From Phoronis australis (lineage: Eukaryota > Animalia > Phoronida), in contig NMRA01000353.1 in the NCBI GenBank assembly GCA_002633005.1, positions 195,625 to 259,624 of the forward strand: 64,000 nucleotides of DNA. The letters run 5' to 3'. The notes under the pieces were generated by a model. The model worked only from the letters and a program-made list of their open reading frames with translations, ran no database searches and was not told the DNA's origin. The translations under genes were made by a program, and so were the position numbers. Within the stretch, counting starts at the first letter, position 1; every line of letters begins with the position of its first letter. Below are positions 26,001 through 41,000 of the stretch, piece by piece.

Positions 26001-29000
26001 ATCAATCCAAGTTGGAAACCACTTGATGGAATATCCCACTTATTATCATAATTTACGTGGAAACCGAGGGCATGACTTTCAGTCTGCACTGCACTTGAAC
26101 CTGGTAATTTCCATTATGAAAACCGACTGGAAAATGGTCTACCTTACAGGTAGTATACCCTTATTTCATTGTGCTTGCAGAAAAAAATGTAAGAATTTCA
26201 AATAAATTTAATTTCTTACAATTAACTGTTGATTTCTAGAAAAGAATCACAGCTTTGTGAAACAAACATGTTTACCTGCAATTGTTATCACTGGGTTAAC
26301 TTAGTGCAAAGTTAAGGGGAAAATGTTGAAACAAGGATTCGATTGCATGCCACAAGATTTCAGGGAAGTCCATTATAATGTGCAATGAGTTGGTAAAATC
26401 TTTGTCCAAACAAATTTTGTGGAAAGGAGCTGCTGAGATACTATCATTATGAGCCGAGATAGCATCATTATGTGCTGAGATAGTATCATTGTGTGCTGAG
26501 ATAGTATCATTGTGTGCTGAGATAGTATCATTGTGTGCTGAACCAGTATCATTGTGTGCTGAGATAGTATCATTATGAGACGAGATAGTATCATTATGTG
26601 CTGAGATAGTATCATTATGTGCTGAGATAGTATCATTATGAGCTGAGATAGTATCGTTATTGGCTGAAATAGTATCATTATGTGCTGAGATAGCATCATG
26701 ATGTGCTCCCATAGCCAGCATCAGGAATAAGCTGGTAAGAAGCCTACTTGACTAGCAGTGTTATAAAATGACCAGTTCCCGTAAATGTAGTCCACAACGC
26801 ATATGAATATTTCTTAGGTACAATTTCGTGTACACTATTTGTTTGATGATGATGAGGAAGAATAGTATTCAACTTCAACAACTCTTAGTACAGGCAATGA
26901 GATCAAGGTCAAGCTCAACGATTACTAAAACAATGAGCTGGGGGCTCCAAGTGATAAGGAAATTAATGTCTCTAAACCTGAACTGGAATACACTGTGATC
27001 ACCTTTATTACACAAAAGCTGTTTAAATTGTTGTCAATAAATTACCATCAAACAAGTTCATACTTTCCGTGGCTGGATTGGGAAATTTGCCGATAAACGT
27101 CAGTCATACTACAATGTCAAGTGCATGCCATGGAGTTTCTGGCAAGAAAAGCAAGGTCTCGCAAAATCACACGAATATGTTAAAGAGCTTACTAGCCTAA
27201 CTTAGCAAAATGGCAGTCGACGAAGTGATTGGTTAGTGAGGTTTGGAATGTTCCATTGTGGGGTTGAATTCCAATGTTTCTGTTTCATAGGTGAAAATTC
27301 TTGCTACAAGTGCAAGCTTACAATTTGCGGTCACCAGAACTAAGCGTTCAAAAATTCATATCCACAGCTGTCAAGTTCGCACTAATTGACAAAAAATGAT
27401 ACACATGAGCACTCACTTATTCCTGCTCATTATAGGATTAGCTCAGATGGTAATTCACTACAGCAGCCATCTTGCTCATAACCCAATAGCAAATAGTCAA
27501 AACTGACCAATTTACCTCAGAGTCCACTCAAAAAGAACTTCTTAAAGGACTTCTTAAAGAACTTGAAATAAAAATACTAACACCTAAACAGGAACATTTG
27601 AGTATTGCCACAAAACACCACAACACACAAAGTTTGAACATGTACGCTCCCTGGTATCATGACAGATGACAACAGTTAATTAACAGGGAAGCTATCTACC
27701 AGTGGTTCTAAACAACAAGACTACACCACTGTCCAAACTAACACAAACAGAAGTATGCCCAACTGGTAACAGCACATAACTTAACTTACCGTCTCTTTAT
27801 GAGACAGGAGTTCCCGCCGAATTTTGAAAAAATTCTTTCCGTACTGTCTCAGCCCTTTGACAAATCGTTTCTGAAACAAAAGAACAACAAAATAAACGAG
27901 TTTCCATAAAATGAAGACATTGCTTGCCACATCTAAAAACTTTCTTTAAAACTACAATTCTAAGCATCAACACTGTCACCATTTCCAAACAGCATTGTCC
28001 ATTTCCAAAAGTCGCTTTATATAATTCGATACATGTATTTATAACAAGTACTGCAAACTTCGATAGTATACCAAAAAATGACAACTTCCTTGTACAGTTG
28101 ACCATCGAAGACTCAAAACACGGTGTAAATGTCTGAAGAGGTTGACAAAAAAGTTGTGCATCAGCAGGGGGCAACTGTGGTGCAAGGCTCTCACGTGGTT
28201 AACCAATGCATGTATTTTCAAATAGAACCATTGCTTCACCAGTGCCACTCATCAAATTTAGAACTTGCATTGAACCAGCAAGACAGTACCTTGACTTGAC
28301 ATAACAATAGACTGGTAAAAAATTTAACATGGATTTTGCAAGTTTGACTTGGAAAATCATACAAGTCAACTGCATTCTACCTGAGTTTGAACTCAGTCGA
28401 CCTGGCTTTTGAGCAATTTTCAAACTGGGAAATGTAAAATGTTTACCATACTGATATGGTGCAAACCTTCAAGACTGGTGGGTGGTGAAAATTTTCAGAT
28501 CTTTGATATCATTGACAAATGGTACAATTCACGCAAGGTCTCTATTCATCACCATGGCGATATGAAGGATCAAGAAGACACTTCATTTTGGCTAATAAAA
28601 GGCGAAGGCAACCTTTTTACATGTCATTTTCAGCAAAAATAAGGTTCGTTGATTATCTCAAATCACAGCTTTTTGTAATTTAATTATCTGTTCTCCACTC
28701 TGGAGGTGACTTTTTGGGATGCAAGAATTTCGTGCCAATTACTTTTCATATAGTCTGACTGTGAGAGCTGTTGAGTCAGTCATTGATCTACCTCGGTTGT
28801 AGTAAATTCAGTCGTCGTTAGCTTTTGTTTACGAGTCAGTCAACATGCCACACTGTTGCTGTGTACCGGAATGTACTCATTATGGCCAAGAGTCTGTAAG
28901 CAGCCCTGCTGCGATGTTGACTAGTGGGAGTGAATACAGGCCCAGTTCGACACCACGTGAAGAGGACAGTTCGTCATTCAATGAACAGATCGGTGAGCCA

Positions 29001-32000
29001 AAGTTTGATAAGTTTATTGTGGACTTGTCTAAAGTATTGGAGCTAATTAGAAGGTGCCATGTGTGTGGCGAGAGAGTCACACGGCGGGATGTAAGCAATT
29101 TGTGTGCTTAGGTCACGATCCAGTGGGAGTGTCGCGGGACACTCGGGCAAGTGGGACAGTTGTTCCTCAGTCCGTGAGACGAGAATGAGTACATCCCGGT
29201 ACACAGCAACAGTGTGGCATGTTGACTGACTTGTAAACAAAAGCAAATGATGACCGAACTTATCAAAAACAAGATAGAACAATGACTAACTCGGCAGTTC
29301 TCACAGTCAGACTACATGAAAAGAAATTGGCGCAAAATTATTGCCTCCCAAAACATTATTTCCAGAGTAGAGGACGAGTAATTGTTTAAAATACAAAAAG
29401 CTGCAAATAAACTAAAAAAATATGTCTGGGATAATCAACGAACCTTATTTTTGCTAAAAAAGACATGAAAAATGGTTGCCTACGCCTTTAAAGCAAACTT
29501 GCAACCCACGATTATGCACTCATTTAGAATGAGTTTTAAATGTGATCTTCCTTCCTTGCTCAAGATGTAAAAAATTCAATAACACTGTAAAATTTTGTAG
29601 TTCAGGTGGCGATTCCGTCAACAGAATGGAACGAACTACAAGGTCGATTTTCAGTTGAATTTTGTGAAGTCAAGCAAAATATCACACCTAAAGTGTTCAC
29701 CAGAAGGTTTAGCAAGTAACAATCTGATGATTTGACGGGAAAAGGTGATGGACTTACTGTGCTGTTAAATAGAAATGCTGCAAAGAGATGACTGTTGTGA
29801 CGCACAATGCAAGTTGAAATATTTTCATTATTTATGTGCGAGTTTTATGGAGGTTATTGCTCAATATGTGGGATAAATAGCTCAAAACATGTCCTTGTCA
29901 GTTAGTTCCCATATCTGTACCCTGAGAGCGTTTTGAAGCAATTACCACCCTCAGGCGATACTTCCTCCAAATCCCAGCCAAATATCAGCCTCACCATGTA
30001 ATAATTTATTTATATCCTGACTTTTTTGGGTGACTTAGCTGACCTATTCTTGTTAATAGCTCAATATGTCTCCGCAGTTTGAGAACCAGTTTTCCCCCAG
30101 TAAATAACGGATTTCAAACTGGTTCTCAAAATGAGGAAACTTTATATCCGACTATTGCCCTGTTCTTTATATTTAGAAAATATACTATCGAGTGACTCCA
30201 CTACGCTGTCTATAACGAGCAAATCTATGGACTATACAAGAGTTGATTATTGTTCTTAGTAGCAAAAAAAACCTTCTAGTACCGAGCATAACAATGTTGT
30301 GGGACAAAAATGAAAACATGGCTATACACATTCATCATAAAAGGTAATTATTTTCAATATTAGACGCCAAGTTGGAGGCTAACACATGGACCGAGATCCC
30401 AGTCAGAGTTCTAGGTTTTTCATAACTATGGAACTCAAAATTGACTCAAAAACTGAATCTGAAGATTATGGAAATAAAATCAAAGTGAAACAGAACTTCT
30501 GCATTTCTCAACCTGAAATTCATTGTTTCAAGCTGAATTTTCAAATTTTGACCTTGAATTTCTTGGAGGTCGAAATTGTCGACTTGGTTATTTTCCATGT
30601 GTCAAAGGCAGAGCACTTACCCTCTCCTCAGAATTCCACTTCTTGTCCACACTCCTGGGAACTGGACACTTTACAAGGGCTTGTAAGGCCCTCCCTGTGT
30701 CGTAAGTGTTGTCATGGAGCTATAGAACAGAATGCCAAGTGATATTTAGACAACACGCCATGCTGATAAAAGACATATTCAAAACTGGCCATCAAACTGA
30801 AAATGCCAATTTTTAATACTATATTATACAATGGCTGGCTCCTTGAAAAGCAGCACAAGACAACAAGGCCATAATATTGTTTCAAAAGCAAACTCATCTC
30901 TGGAAGAGGTAGTTTTTAACACAATACATCTTAAATGTCAATTGTCATATAGTGTTTGATTGTACTTTATTTCTGTTTCTGTAGACGAAGGACGTTTATA
31001 TCCGAAAATTTCAGTTGATCCATTCTTGTTGTTTTATTTACCTATTGAAATTATATAAAAATTAAGATACTAATCATTTTGCTGGATGTAATTTTAACAT
31101 GGTTTGTGTCAAACCACATGTATTCACTTACACTATGCATGGCGTTCATAGTAGTTTCATCCATTGAGGCTGCAAGGCAGCCATCTTCAGGAGTTCCACC
31201 ATCACACATTCCCGCAAATGCTGCCATACTTCTGAAAATGGTACACATACAACAGTTGTCAGAGGCAGTGTGATGGCCATGAATACCCAGTCTAAATAGG
31301 GGCAACATCAACACAGCAGTGAGTGCGAACACGGCAGTGAGTGCGAACACGGCGGTGAGTGCGAACACGGTGGTGAGTGCAAACACGGCGGTGAGTGCGA
31401 ACACGGCGGTGAGTGCGAACACGGCGGTGAGTGCGTACACGGCGGTCCGCATCAGCACAGCAATGAGTATCAACACAATGACTATAACATGATCAACAAT
31501 AGTAACAAGTAAATGTATCAAAATTGCAGCACCAGTGAATATAAAGTACATAATGATGGTAACTATACACAAGTTGAGGATAGTGAAGATAGTGGTTTCT
31601 TTGCCTATAGCTTGCAAAAAACCTGTGGTGAATGAGGTGACTAGAGTCTACCACACTTTGGTCAATAGGGTCCACCACGCCTTGGCCACTAGGGTCCACC
31701 ACACCTTGGTCACTAGGGTCCACCACACCTAGGCTCTCATCTCCAAGTGCTACCTACTGTGTTCATATTTGGTTTGCATCCCAAGTGGGTTGTGACCTGC
31801 TGTTACAATTGCTAGCCATGTCTAATTTTATTTCTGCCTAAGGATGAGACATGGCCCGTCTCAAAATACAGCCGCCTTCTTAAGTACCACTGTAATGTCT
31901 CCTGAGCCACCATGGCAACTGAGCCACCATGGCAACTGAGCCACCATGGCAACTTCCCAAAGCAGTCAGGGAATGATGCAAAAATGCCAGTGTCCAATCA

Positions 32001-35000
32001 ACAACTCCAACTGATCAATGTAATAGATTTGCCCAACTGTTTGTTGGTTACTAACTAACCTGGCAGCCCGAAGAAACATCATGAGATCTCCATCAGCTAT
32101 CTTAGAGGGTCTCCATGCGATGGACTCCAATTTATATGGTGGATCAGGTATCTCTTGTGGCTTCAGTCCAGGACTGCATTCTGGCAACCGAGCCTATAAT
32201 CAAAGAACAACTGAAAGCTATTGTAAAAATTCTTCACTTTTGTCCCAATGACAAATTATGCGATTAAACCAACTTACCTTCAATAAGAATGACTTATTTT
32301 ATACATTCCCAGAATCCCCACCCCGAAGTTCTATCACCAGATATGGACATGCGCAAATGAGGACAGAGGTGGAGAAAAGCTGAGAGTTTATCACAATAAA
32401 AATGGTGGCACTCAAAAGCAAAGAATTATGCTTAAACTGAGTGACTCATAAAAATGCATGAAATCTTCCGGGAGGGAAAAACGTGTATTCTCTTGAAAAA
32501 CTAATCGGTTAACGACTAATTTGCACTTAACCACATCTTATGGTAGCAGTGGGGAAGGAATAAAATTATTTTCCTCCAGCTATGAAATTTTAGACACAAG
32601 CAATATTGACTGTCCAAAATTCAAAAATTACGATCACCGACAAACGATAACTCACTTCAATGTTACACACTATGAGAATGTGTAAAAATGATGCTTCAGT
32701 GACCGTTTTTGACAATTTTATGAACTGCCAAGTGTATTTCCGGACTTTGTTGAAACAAAATGCAATGTCTCGCATTTGAGAAACATGGTGACTGCCAAAA
32801 TCGCCAGTGTCCCAATCGTAGGAATCAATTCAATTCATGCTGAATTTTCCGTCTCAAATTTTAGAGACTGTCCCAGACTGCAGAATGTTTAGTGTACCAC
32901 ATTTTCATTATCAAAGCTTTGGACAATAATTCTGTTGTTCTTGGAACCGTTACACATGTTTGTTTGAGTACTACTAAGCTTCCTTAATTTAGAGCAAAAC
33001 TTATGTTCGTCAAATATCAAATCGAAAATTAGTTATGAAAATGTTCACTTCGTGGCATGAAATCAATTGTTATCAAACACATTTTTAAGCTTAATGGCAT
33101 AAAAGTATATTGAACACTAAACGTTTATTATAACCCAGGTACTTCTCATTTATCAATTCTAAAAACCCTTCACCAACTTGTTGGCTTCAGATGCCATTAT
33201 AACGACTGGCCACAGTAAAAGGACAGTCACAACTATCATTCAGTGAAAACCATGTCATGCTTCATGATATGCGGAAGCCTTAACACTTAACAAGAGCAAC
33301 ATGGAGCGTTGAAATGCATCCAGGAATGCATCGCAAATGGTGTGCTTGTATTTGTGAAAAAATGGCCCCTGTATGGTGCAAAAACGTACAATCCATCCAA
33401 AAACGAGAACATGTCATTGCTTCTTTAATAGAAAGCCATACACCAAATTTCATAGAAATCCGTCAAATAACTTCAGAGAAATAAAGGAAAACAGAATAAA
33501 ATGAAATTGCCACTAGGGGGCACACTGTTCATTGGATCCGCCTGAAAGTCGTCATTGTCTGTTGTTAGCTTCATGACTAATTAAATTTAATGAAGATCCT
33601 GGAGTGGGTTTAAGAGATACAGTTATGGGCGCAAAACAAAACAAAACTACCACAAGGAGGCGCCACAGCAGTCAAAGTTGTCATCCTCAACCAGCCTCTT
33701 CACACTGAGAACATGTATGCCAATTTTCAAAACCATCCTTAGAACGATTTCGTTGATAGAGGGGTAGACGCCAAAAAACAGACTCAAAAACAGCAATAAT
33801 GGCCACTAGGAGGCGCATAATACCTCGATTCCATCCGAAAACGGGAGGATAGCATCATCTCACCAATAGATACCCATATTCAAAATTTTAAAACTAAAAT
33901 TGCCACCAGGGGACACACCAGTAGTCAGAGGTATCCGAAAATCGTCGTTGTCCGAGGTCAACATCATATAAACACACTTGTTAAATTTAGTAAAGATCTT
34001 GCAAACGGTTAAGCAGATACAGCGATGAGTGCAAAAAACGAAATTGCCACTAGGAGGTGCCACAGTAGTCGAAGTCATCAGAAAATCATAATCACCTGTC
34101 CACTTCATAGTAAAAACACACATGTCAATTTTCACATTTATCGTGAAAGCGGTTTGGTTGATAGAGGGGTAGACGCCAAAAAACAGGCTCAAAAACAGTA
34201 AATATGGCCACTAGGTGGCACAAACTAAGTCAAATCCATCTGAAAACGGAAAGATAGCATCACCTCACTAACAGAAGTCTGTAAACCAAATTTTATGAAA
34301 ATACATTGAAGACTTTTGAAGATACAGACGTAAACGTAAAAAAATAAAATTGCCACTAGGTGACACACCAGTAGTCAGATTTGTACGAAAGTTGTCGTAG
34401 TCCGTTGTCATCATCATATAAATGCACTTGCTAAATTTAGTAAAGATCCGGTTCAGGAGATATGGCCATAACCACAAAAAAACAAAAAAGCCACTAGGAG
34501 GCGCTACAGTAGTGAAGTTGGCAAATCATCGTCAACCGTCCTCTTCATAATAAAAACATACATACCAATTTTCACAATCATGCTTAGAGCGGTTTGGTTG
34601 ATAGAGGGGTGGATGCTAAAAAAACAACTCAAAAACAGTAAAAATGGCCACTAAATGGCGCAAACTACATCAAATCCATCCGAAAACGGGAGGATACCAT
34701 CGTCTCACTAATAGATGCCTATATACCATATTTTATGAACATATGTCCAGGACCGTTGAAGATGCACTGATAAACGTAAAAAAATTAAATTGCCACAAGG
34801 GGGCACACTGGTAGTCGGATCCGTTCGAAAATTTGCTCATGCTGCCCCATCCATGAAAGGAACAGACGTGCAAAATTTCATGAACATACGTCAATCGGTT
34901 TTGGAGACAGAGCAGTGGACGCCGGACGGACGCTGCCCGGACGCCGCCCGGATGGACGGACAGAGATGACAGAATAATGCGTACACAAATAAATATGTGG

Positions 35001-38000
35001 GTGCATAAAAATGAAGTGATAGATCACAAACAACAATCACCCCACCTGGTGGCTGGGCCCAACCCTGATCTCTCCCTGTGTGGTCGCCAGCCTCTTGGTT
35101 TCAGGGTTGTAGCCAAGAACACAGAAGAAGGTGTTGGGTAATGGCTTGAAGTCTTTGGCAGCAAAAATATCCTTATAATGGATAACTGTGCAGTGTCCTC
35201 TGCAACAAACCAACAAGTGCATTATGGGAACATGCAGCGGAATAACAACAGGCTGTTTTGTGGCTCAACTAACTTAAGATGGATGTCTCAACAGTGGTGC
35301 ACCGCATATGCACTACAGCGGGTAAGTGACACGTTGGGTTCTGCAGTTAAACAAAACTTATAAGGATATGTATCCTATTGCGCAACTGTAGGAGCACGGA
35401 GAAGCTTTTAAAGACACATCACAATGACCACACTGACCAAATATGTTACAGCCATATGTAGCGTAAATAAGACAAAGTAGTTCAGTCATGAGAGTTGCTG
35501 ACACAGTACGTGCCCTATGTTACGGCCATATGTAGCTTAAATAAGACAAAGTAGTTCAGTCATGAAAGTTGCTGACATAGTACGTGCCCTATGTTACGGC
35601 CATATGTAGCTTAAATAAGACAAAGTAGTTCAGTCATGAGAGTTGCTGACATAGTACGTGCCCTAATCATAGAGTAATTTTCTTTGCTCGTAAAGTGTTA
35701 TATTTAGCTGTACATTTATCACATTTGATTTAAGCCAGAACAGAAGCACGAACTTTAAAATTGGTTCAGTTGAGCTCCAACTATTTTGATTTCTGGTCAC
35801 TCCCCCTCACAATGCATTTTGATGTGTACCTGTACAGTCTCTTCTCTACCTGTGTCGCTTGTTATGTGTTTGTAACTGTTTCCTTGAGAATGGCTTAATG
35901 AAATAAACCGAAACGTTGAATTGGATAGATATGTCGTTATTTACTTACGGGGTAATTTTAAGTTCGTGCAACTGTACATTTATCATGAACTCACACAGAG
36001 ATTGGAAAAATGCCCTACAACTAAGATTGCATTTGCCCTTGATTGAGAGGTGTAAATGAAAACATTGCATAAGTCTCTCTACTTGTGACAAGAAGTGATC
36101 AGAACACATCAAGTAGTTGACCTGACTGTCTAACAACACTCAAGTCAAACAACATTTAGGAATACAATTCAAAACTGGCCACTCTGACTATTGCATAAAT
36201 AAACTTAAAGCAAGATGTACCACCGGCACGAATTAATATTTCTCACTCAAGAAAGCTAGAAGATAGATTAGCGACAGGCTCAAGTACATCAATATTTCTC
36301 ATTAATAATAAAGTGTTTGCCAACTTATATTTGAAATTACCAGAAGGAAAGACATCAACATGGCAACTACCGAGTCAAAGTTTGACTAGATAGTAGCAGT
36401 ACATGACTTTAAAAGTTTTTGATTTCTACATTATTTAGAAAGCGTATATTACAGTGATTTTTATTATAAAGCTATTACATTAATAAGAGAACTGCTTCAT
36501 GTAAATAATAGACATTTGACAAGAAATTTAACAAAACCGTTGATATGTTAATCAAAGAAAGCAGTCCCCTAGACTTCTGTCTTGTCATGGACAAATAGTC
36601 TCAGGTCTCAAGGAGTGCTGGCCAAAATGATTCATTTGATGGGGCATTTCTGGTATTATAGCAAAGTCTTATCAATTTTGCACAAAAATAATTGCCAAAA
36701 TTGACCATTTCTCAACTGCTACTGACATTATTGTGTATGACCATAGTTTTTCAAAAAATATTGTTTGACGGTAGCCAACAAAACTTGAAAATAGTAAAGC
36801 ATTCACCTGATTTTTACTTACCTTTTAATAAATGAAAAAAAAAATAAAAGCTCACTGAAATGCCATACTGTGTCCTAAATTGAGGAATTGTTTATACACT
36901 GCTCTTAAGAAAAATTGTTCAGCACTCAGCTTCAAACAAATCGTAAATGGGACATACAATTGATAAAACCATATTATCCAGTAGTTGTAATAGTTGGTTA
37001 AATTTTTGAACATTAACAGGGTGACACAATTGACAAATATCCTACTCATATCATAGTTTGATGTTCAAATAAGGAATGACTTATCAACCACCACAGCTAT
37101 GTAAACACAGTAGTGGCTGGAACGTCATTAACCCAGGTGCAATGCTCAGACTATTGGAAAACAATCTTTCAGTAATGTTTTACAGAAAGAAAATCTTACT
37201 CAAGAGGAGACTGTAAAAGCATCCTGCTGCTGACGACGAGAGACTGATTTGTTATTGGTCAGGAAAATGACCCTCAACTGAAGAATGGTTCCGTAAAAAG
37301 TGGAAATGAACTAATCCCAAAATTCAATTTTTTAGAAGCTCAATGTCTTTGGACATGGTCCCACACACCTGAGCACGACCAAAAACTGAACCCCCACAAT
37401 GATATATCATTTTAAGGGCCTTTGTGAACATTCTTCTTTTGAAATTGGGGTGGAGTCGTGGAGATACCTGCCACCCCACATTACAGATCTGCCAGTGTAC
37501 CAACAGTGACAGTCGACTCACCTCAACAAGGATGCACGTACGCTGTCCACTGTATCAGAACTGAACAGTTCTCTCACCTTCACACGGGCATTCTTGATCA
37601 CAAGATCTAAACCAGAATCTGTATTGGAAACAAACAATGGTCAGAATTTATAGTTATGTCCATGCTGAAGTTCTCAAATACTGCACACATCCTTGCAGTA
37701 TGACTGGTCATTGGGTTATTAATGAGAAGTAACACTGACAATATCCAACAAGTAAGCACAGGTCTCGCATCAAATCTAGAAAACATTCCAAGTGATTAGA
37801 TTTCTGTTGAGACATGGTAGTTTTTGGATAATGAGATGATTATACTACATGAGTTACTTAGTTACCATAACTTTATCAGCTGTGGACAAGCCCAGATACC
37901 AGCTCTAATCCAAGTAAGGGTACAAACTGATACCAGTGTTAGAGCTGAGTAAGGGTACAAACTGAAGCGTGTTCAACAGAGTGAGTGCCCGCTAGCGTGT

Positions 38001-41000
38001 ACTCGCGAACACAAGGAACAGCTCCTGAACAGCTGTGAGCGCTCACTGTGCGATCCAGTATGGCGACTCTGAAGCAGATTGTGTTGAACGTATTAGCCGA
38101 TGAGCTTAACACTAACAGTCCTTCCTATGGCGTACTGAGCGATAAATATGATTAATCTTTGCCAATAATTATTAATATCGGCAGCCCAAGACAACAACCG
38201 TGAAGGCTTTGGAACGACAAGAATCGAAAATTACCTCGAAGAAACTGTTCCTCGCTACAGCGACCCGTAATTTAAGTCGCAGTTTCGGATGAGTTGGTCA
38301 ACTTTTGAGGTTAATTTTCGTGTTGCAGAACCATAATGGGTTCATATGTTGCCTTCGCAGGACGCCATCTTGGAAATCTAAGCGAACATGCTCTCGAGGT
38401 TGTTCGTGAGCGCTCGCGAGCGCTAACGTGAACACAGCTGTTCAGGACGAGGGCACTCAAATCGCTCGCGGGCGCTCACTCTATTGAACATGCTTTGGAT
38501 GCCAGTGTTAGAGCTGAGTAAGACATCCAGTTTTTGAAAGTGAAAATAGCCAAAAGTGAGTGAGTGCATTGACGATATGAAGGAAGGTTCTCCATAGGTC
38601 ATCTATGTCCAAAATTGTGCATGATGAACATTCTGATAAGAAAAATCTCAAAGTTGAACAAATGATAGGATCATTTAAGTTCACGTGCTGAGCACACAAG
38701 ATAAAATGATGTCTTTTGAGAAGTAAGTGGAAGTCTACAAATTCAATGTTATCTTCTCAGACTTGATCCATCTTTTTGGAACATAACTTTATAAGATAGA
38801 AATGGAGGTGTTATGGAAAAATCTCACCAATTTCAAACATAACAAAAATGATGTTTTCTTATTTTTAAGAGCTTTTTTAACGTGTTGTGAATGGCCACAA
38901 TTTTCCAAAACTAAATGGTAGCTGTACAATGAAACTTGAACATGGAATATCACTTCATTTTGTGCAGTACATGTTCAAAATAAAATTTCAATTGTCGGCC
39001 ATATTGTGCCTTAAATTCGTGAGACTTTACTATGAAAGTGATACATAATTATTGTTAGCCAGAATGTATACCATTCATAAAAAGGTCTTGCAAAGATTAA
39101 CTTTGTAAACCAGCCTGCAGTGGACTGATGCAACTAGATCTCCATCAGGATGTCACAGCTAACTAGGTTAACATAATTCAATAATATTCAATACACAAAT
39201 TAACAATACCAAGTCCTAGTGAAACTATATACTTTGTCTAGTAAAACACCAAAACAGAAGAGTAGTCCCATATAAACAGTCAAATACCCATTTAACAAGA
39301 TGTGTAATACCACCAATTTAAAACCTTTGAATATTAAGCAGGAGACCAAAAATTCAATAATTCTGAAGAATGAAACCAGCTGCTTAAACACAGGCACCAA
39401 AAGTAAACATCATATTTCTGCACCTCATTCACCCCGATTGACCTTCACAAGGCACACTGTGACAGTAAAGGCAAGGATAGTAAATAAAGAAAAAACCCGA
39501 ATAGAAGGGCTCAACTCAGTAAATTAAGTGGTTCCAATATCAGGGCGATGGTATTACAGATCTCATGCAAACATGACTTGTCTATCACTAATTACACATT
39601 CTTAACACTTGGCTCAGTCACCATAACTTGAGTTTCATGGATTCACAAACATTATAGTCAAAAGTACAACACAAAATTACTGTTTCAGTAGTTAAGTGAC
39701 TGAGTAAGGCATTTCAATCTTAACAAGAAGCAACATACGCCTCATGACTTATGTCTTGCCACACTCATAAATAACACATCAATTAAAGGTATATGTTATG
39801 TTGAGGTTAATGAGAAGACAAGCATTTTTAAGATTTGAAAGGCTTCACCAAATAAAAAGCGTTGTTCATCAAAATGATTGGACAAGAGATCCATTTTTAC
39901 ATGACCTGTTTTCTGATTAGCGTCATTCCCGACCACTGCGACTAGTTTGTAGTTGGCACATATTTTCGATTCAAGAGGTAACCCTACGTCAGGCAGGCTC
40001 CGTGGTACACTGCTGACTTTCCAACAAGACCTGACTTAAAAATTTCCAATAATTCTTAATGTTCACAGGAAGCTATGCACTAAAAGCCTTTTCTTGTTTG
40101 AGAGAATTAACGGTTAGGACACTAATCAGATTTATTTTTGGGAGTGATTTTGAATGAAATGGCCTTACCCAGCCTTCTTGATTGGCACAAACTCGCAAGT
40201 TGACTGAAGATACATCACATTTCAGATGAAATTGCCAGCAAAACTTATGCAAATCTGTCACAACACAGAACTGTTGCATATTACGTTTTTTTACACACTT
40301 TGCCATAAGGCCCCTTCATACTAACGTAACTCCGGTGGAGCGTTGATGTAATCTGTGAAATTAATTAAATCGTTCATATCAGCTTCGGTAGGTAACGGCA
40401 GTGTTCTCCACATGCCGTTACGTCATCAAAGCAAATTGTAAGCGACTCTGAAGTTATCGCAATAATCGCAAGGTAGCGCTGATGCATCTCGTGCGTGCTA
40501 TTTTTTAATGTGACAATTTGAGAACACTGACGTGTGCTAATTGACAAAAAACTTATTTGTAATACGATTGGTAATTTTTCGAACAAAATATAAGCCGCCA
40601 TTAGCGACACCAACGCCCTTAAACTGTTGACGATAGCAGTGGCCCCTGACGATAACTTCGATGAGACTGGAGTTGACCATAATTCACAGCCCGCTGTTAA
40701 ACCCACTTGTTTACTGCAAAGTTAACTGGCACTTTTAACTACATTCAGGACCAAAGTTAACCATTCATACTGACCAAAAGTCCCCAGGTTAGTATGAAAG
40801 AGCCTTTATACTAGGAGATACTGTAAGCAGGGGAGATTATAGTTTCAGACTAAGTGCAAAGGTCAGCCACTTGGTACCATAACAAGAGTCAGATGTATAA
40901 TGAAACTCTAAAGCCTGACCCTGCGGTCCCACACTTCAATAGTCAATGGGCTACAAAACTTATCTAATAGAACAGTAAAAAATTAAAAGCACATGCGAAC

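Noticed and set aside
26296-26721. 141-aa (ISAHNDT)n ORF resembling an antifreeze or repeat protein
   Set aside because: It is the translation of a 21-bp minisatellite, open in more than one frame, with no splice or expression support.
30078-30130. 15-bp inverted repeat TTTGAGAACCAGTTT / AAACTGGTTCTCAAA as a pre-miRNA
   Set aside because: The stem is short with a 23-nt loop; more likely an internal palindrome of a decayed MITE.
31051-31617. 188-aa hydrophobic ORF with ALTAVF repeats
   Set aside because: Only 31132-31231 is a real RERE exon; the rest is intronic read-through of an 18-bp repeat.
31902-31954. Three perfect Kozak sequences GCCACCATGG, suggesting synthetic or vector DNA
   Set aside because: They are part of a 17-bp tandem repeat, antisense in an intron, with no ORF or other vector features.
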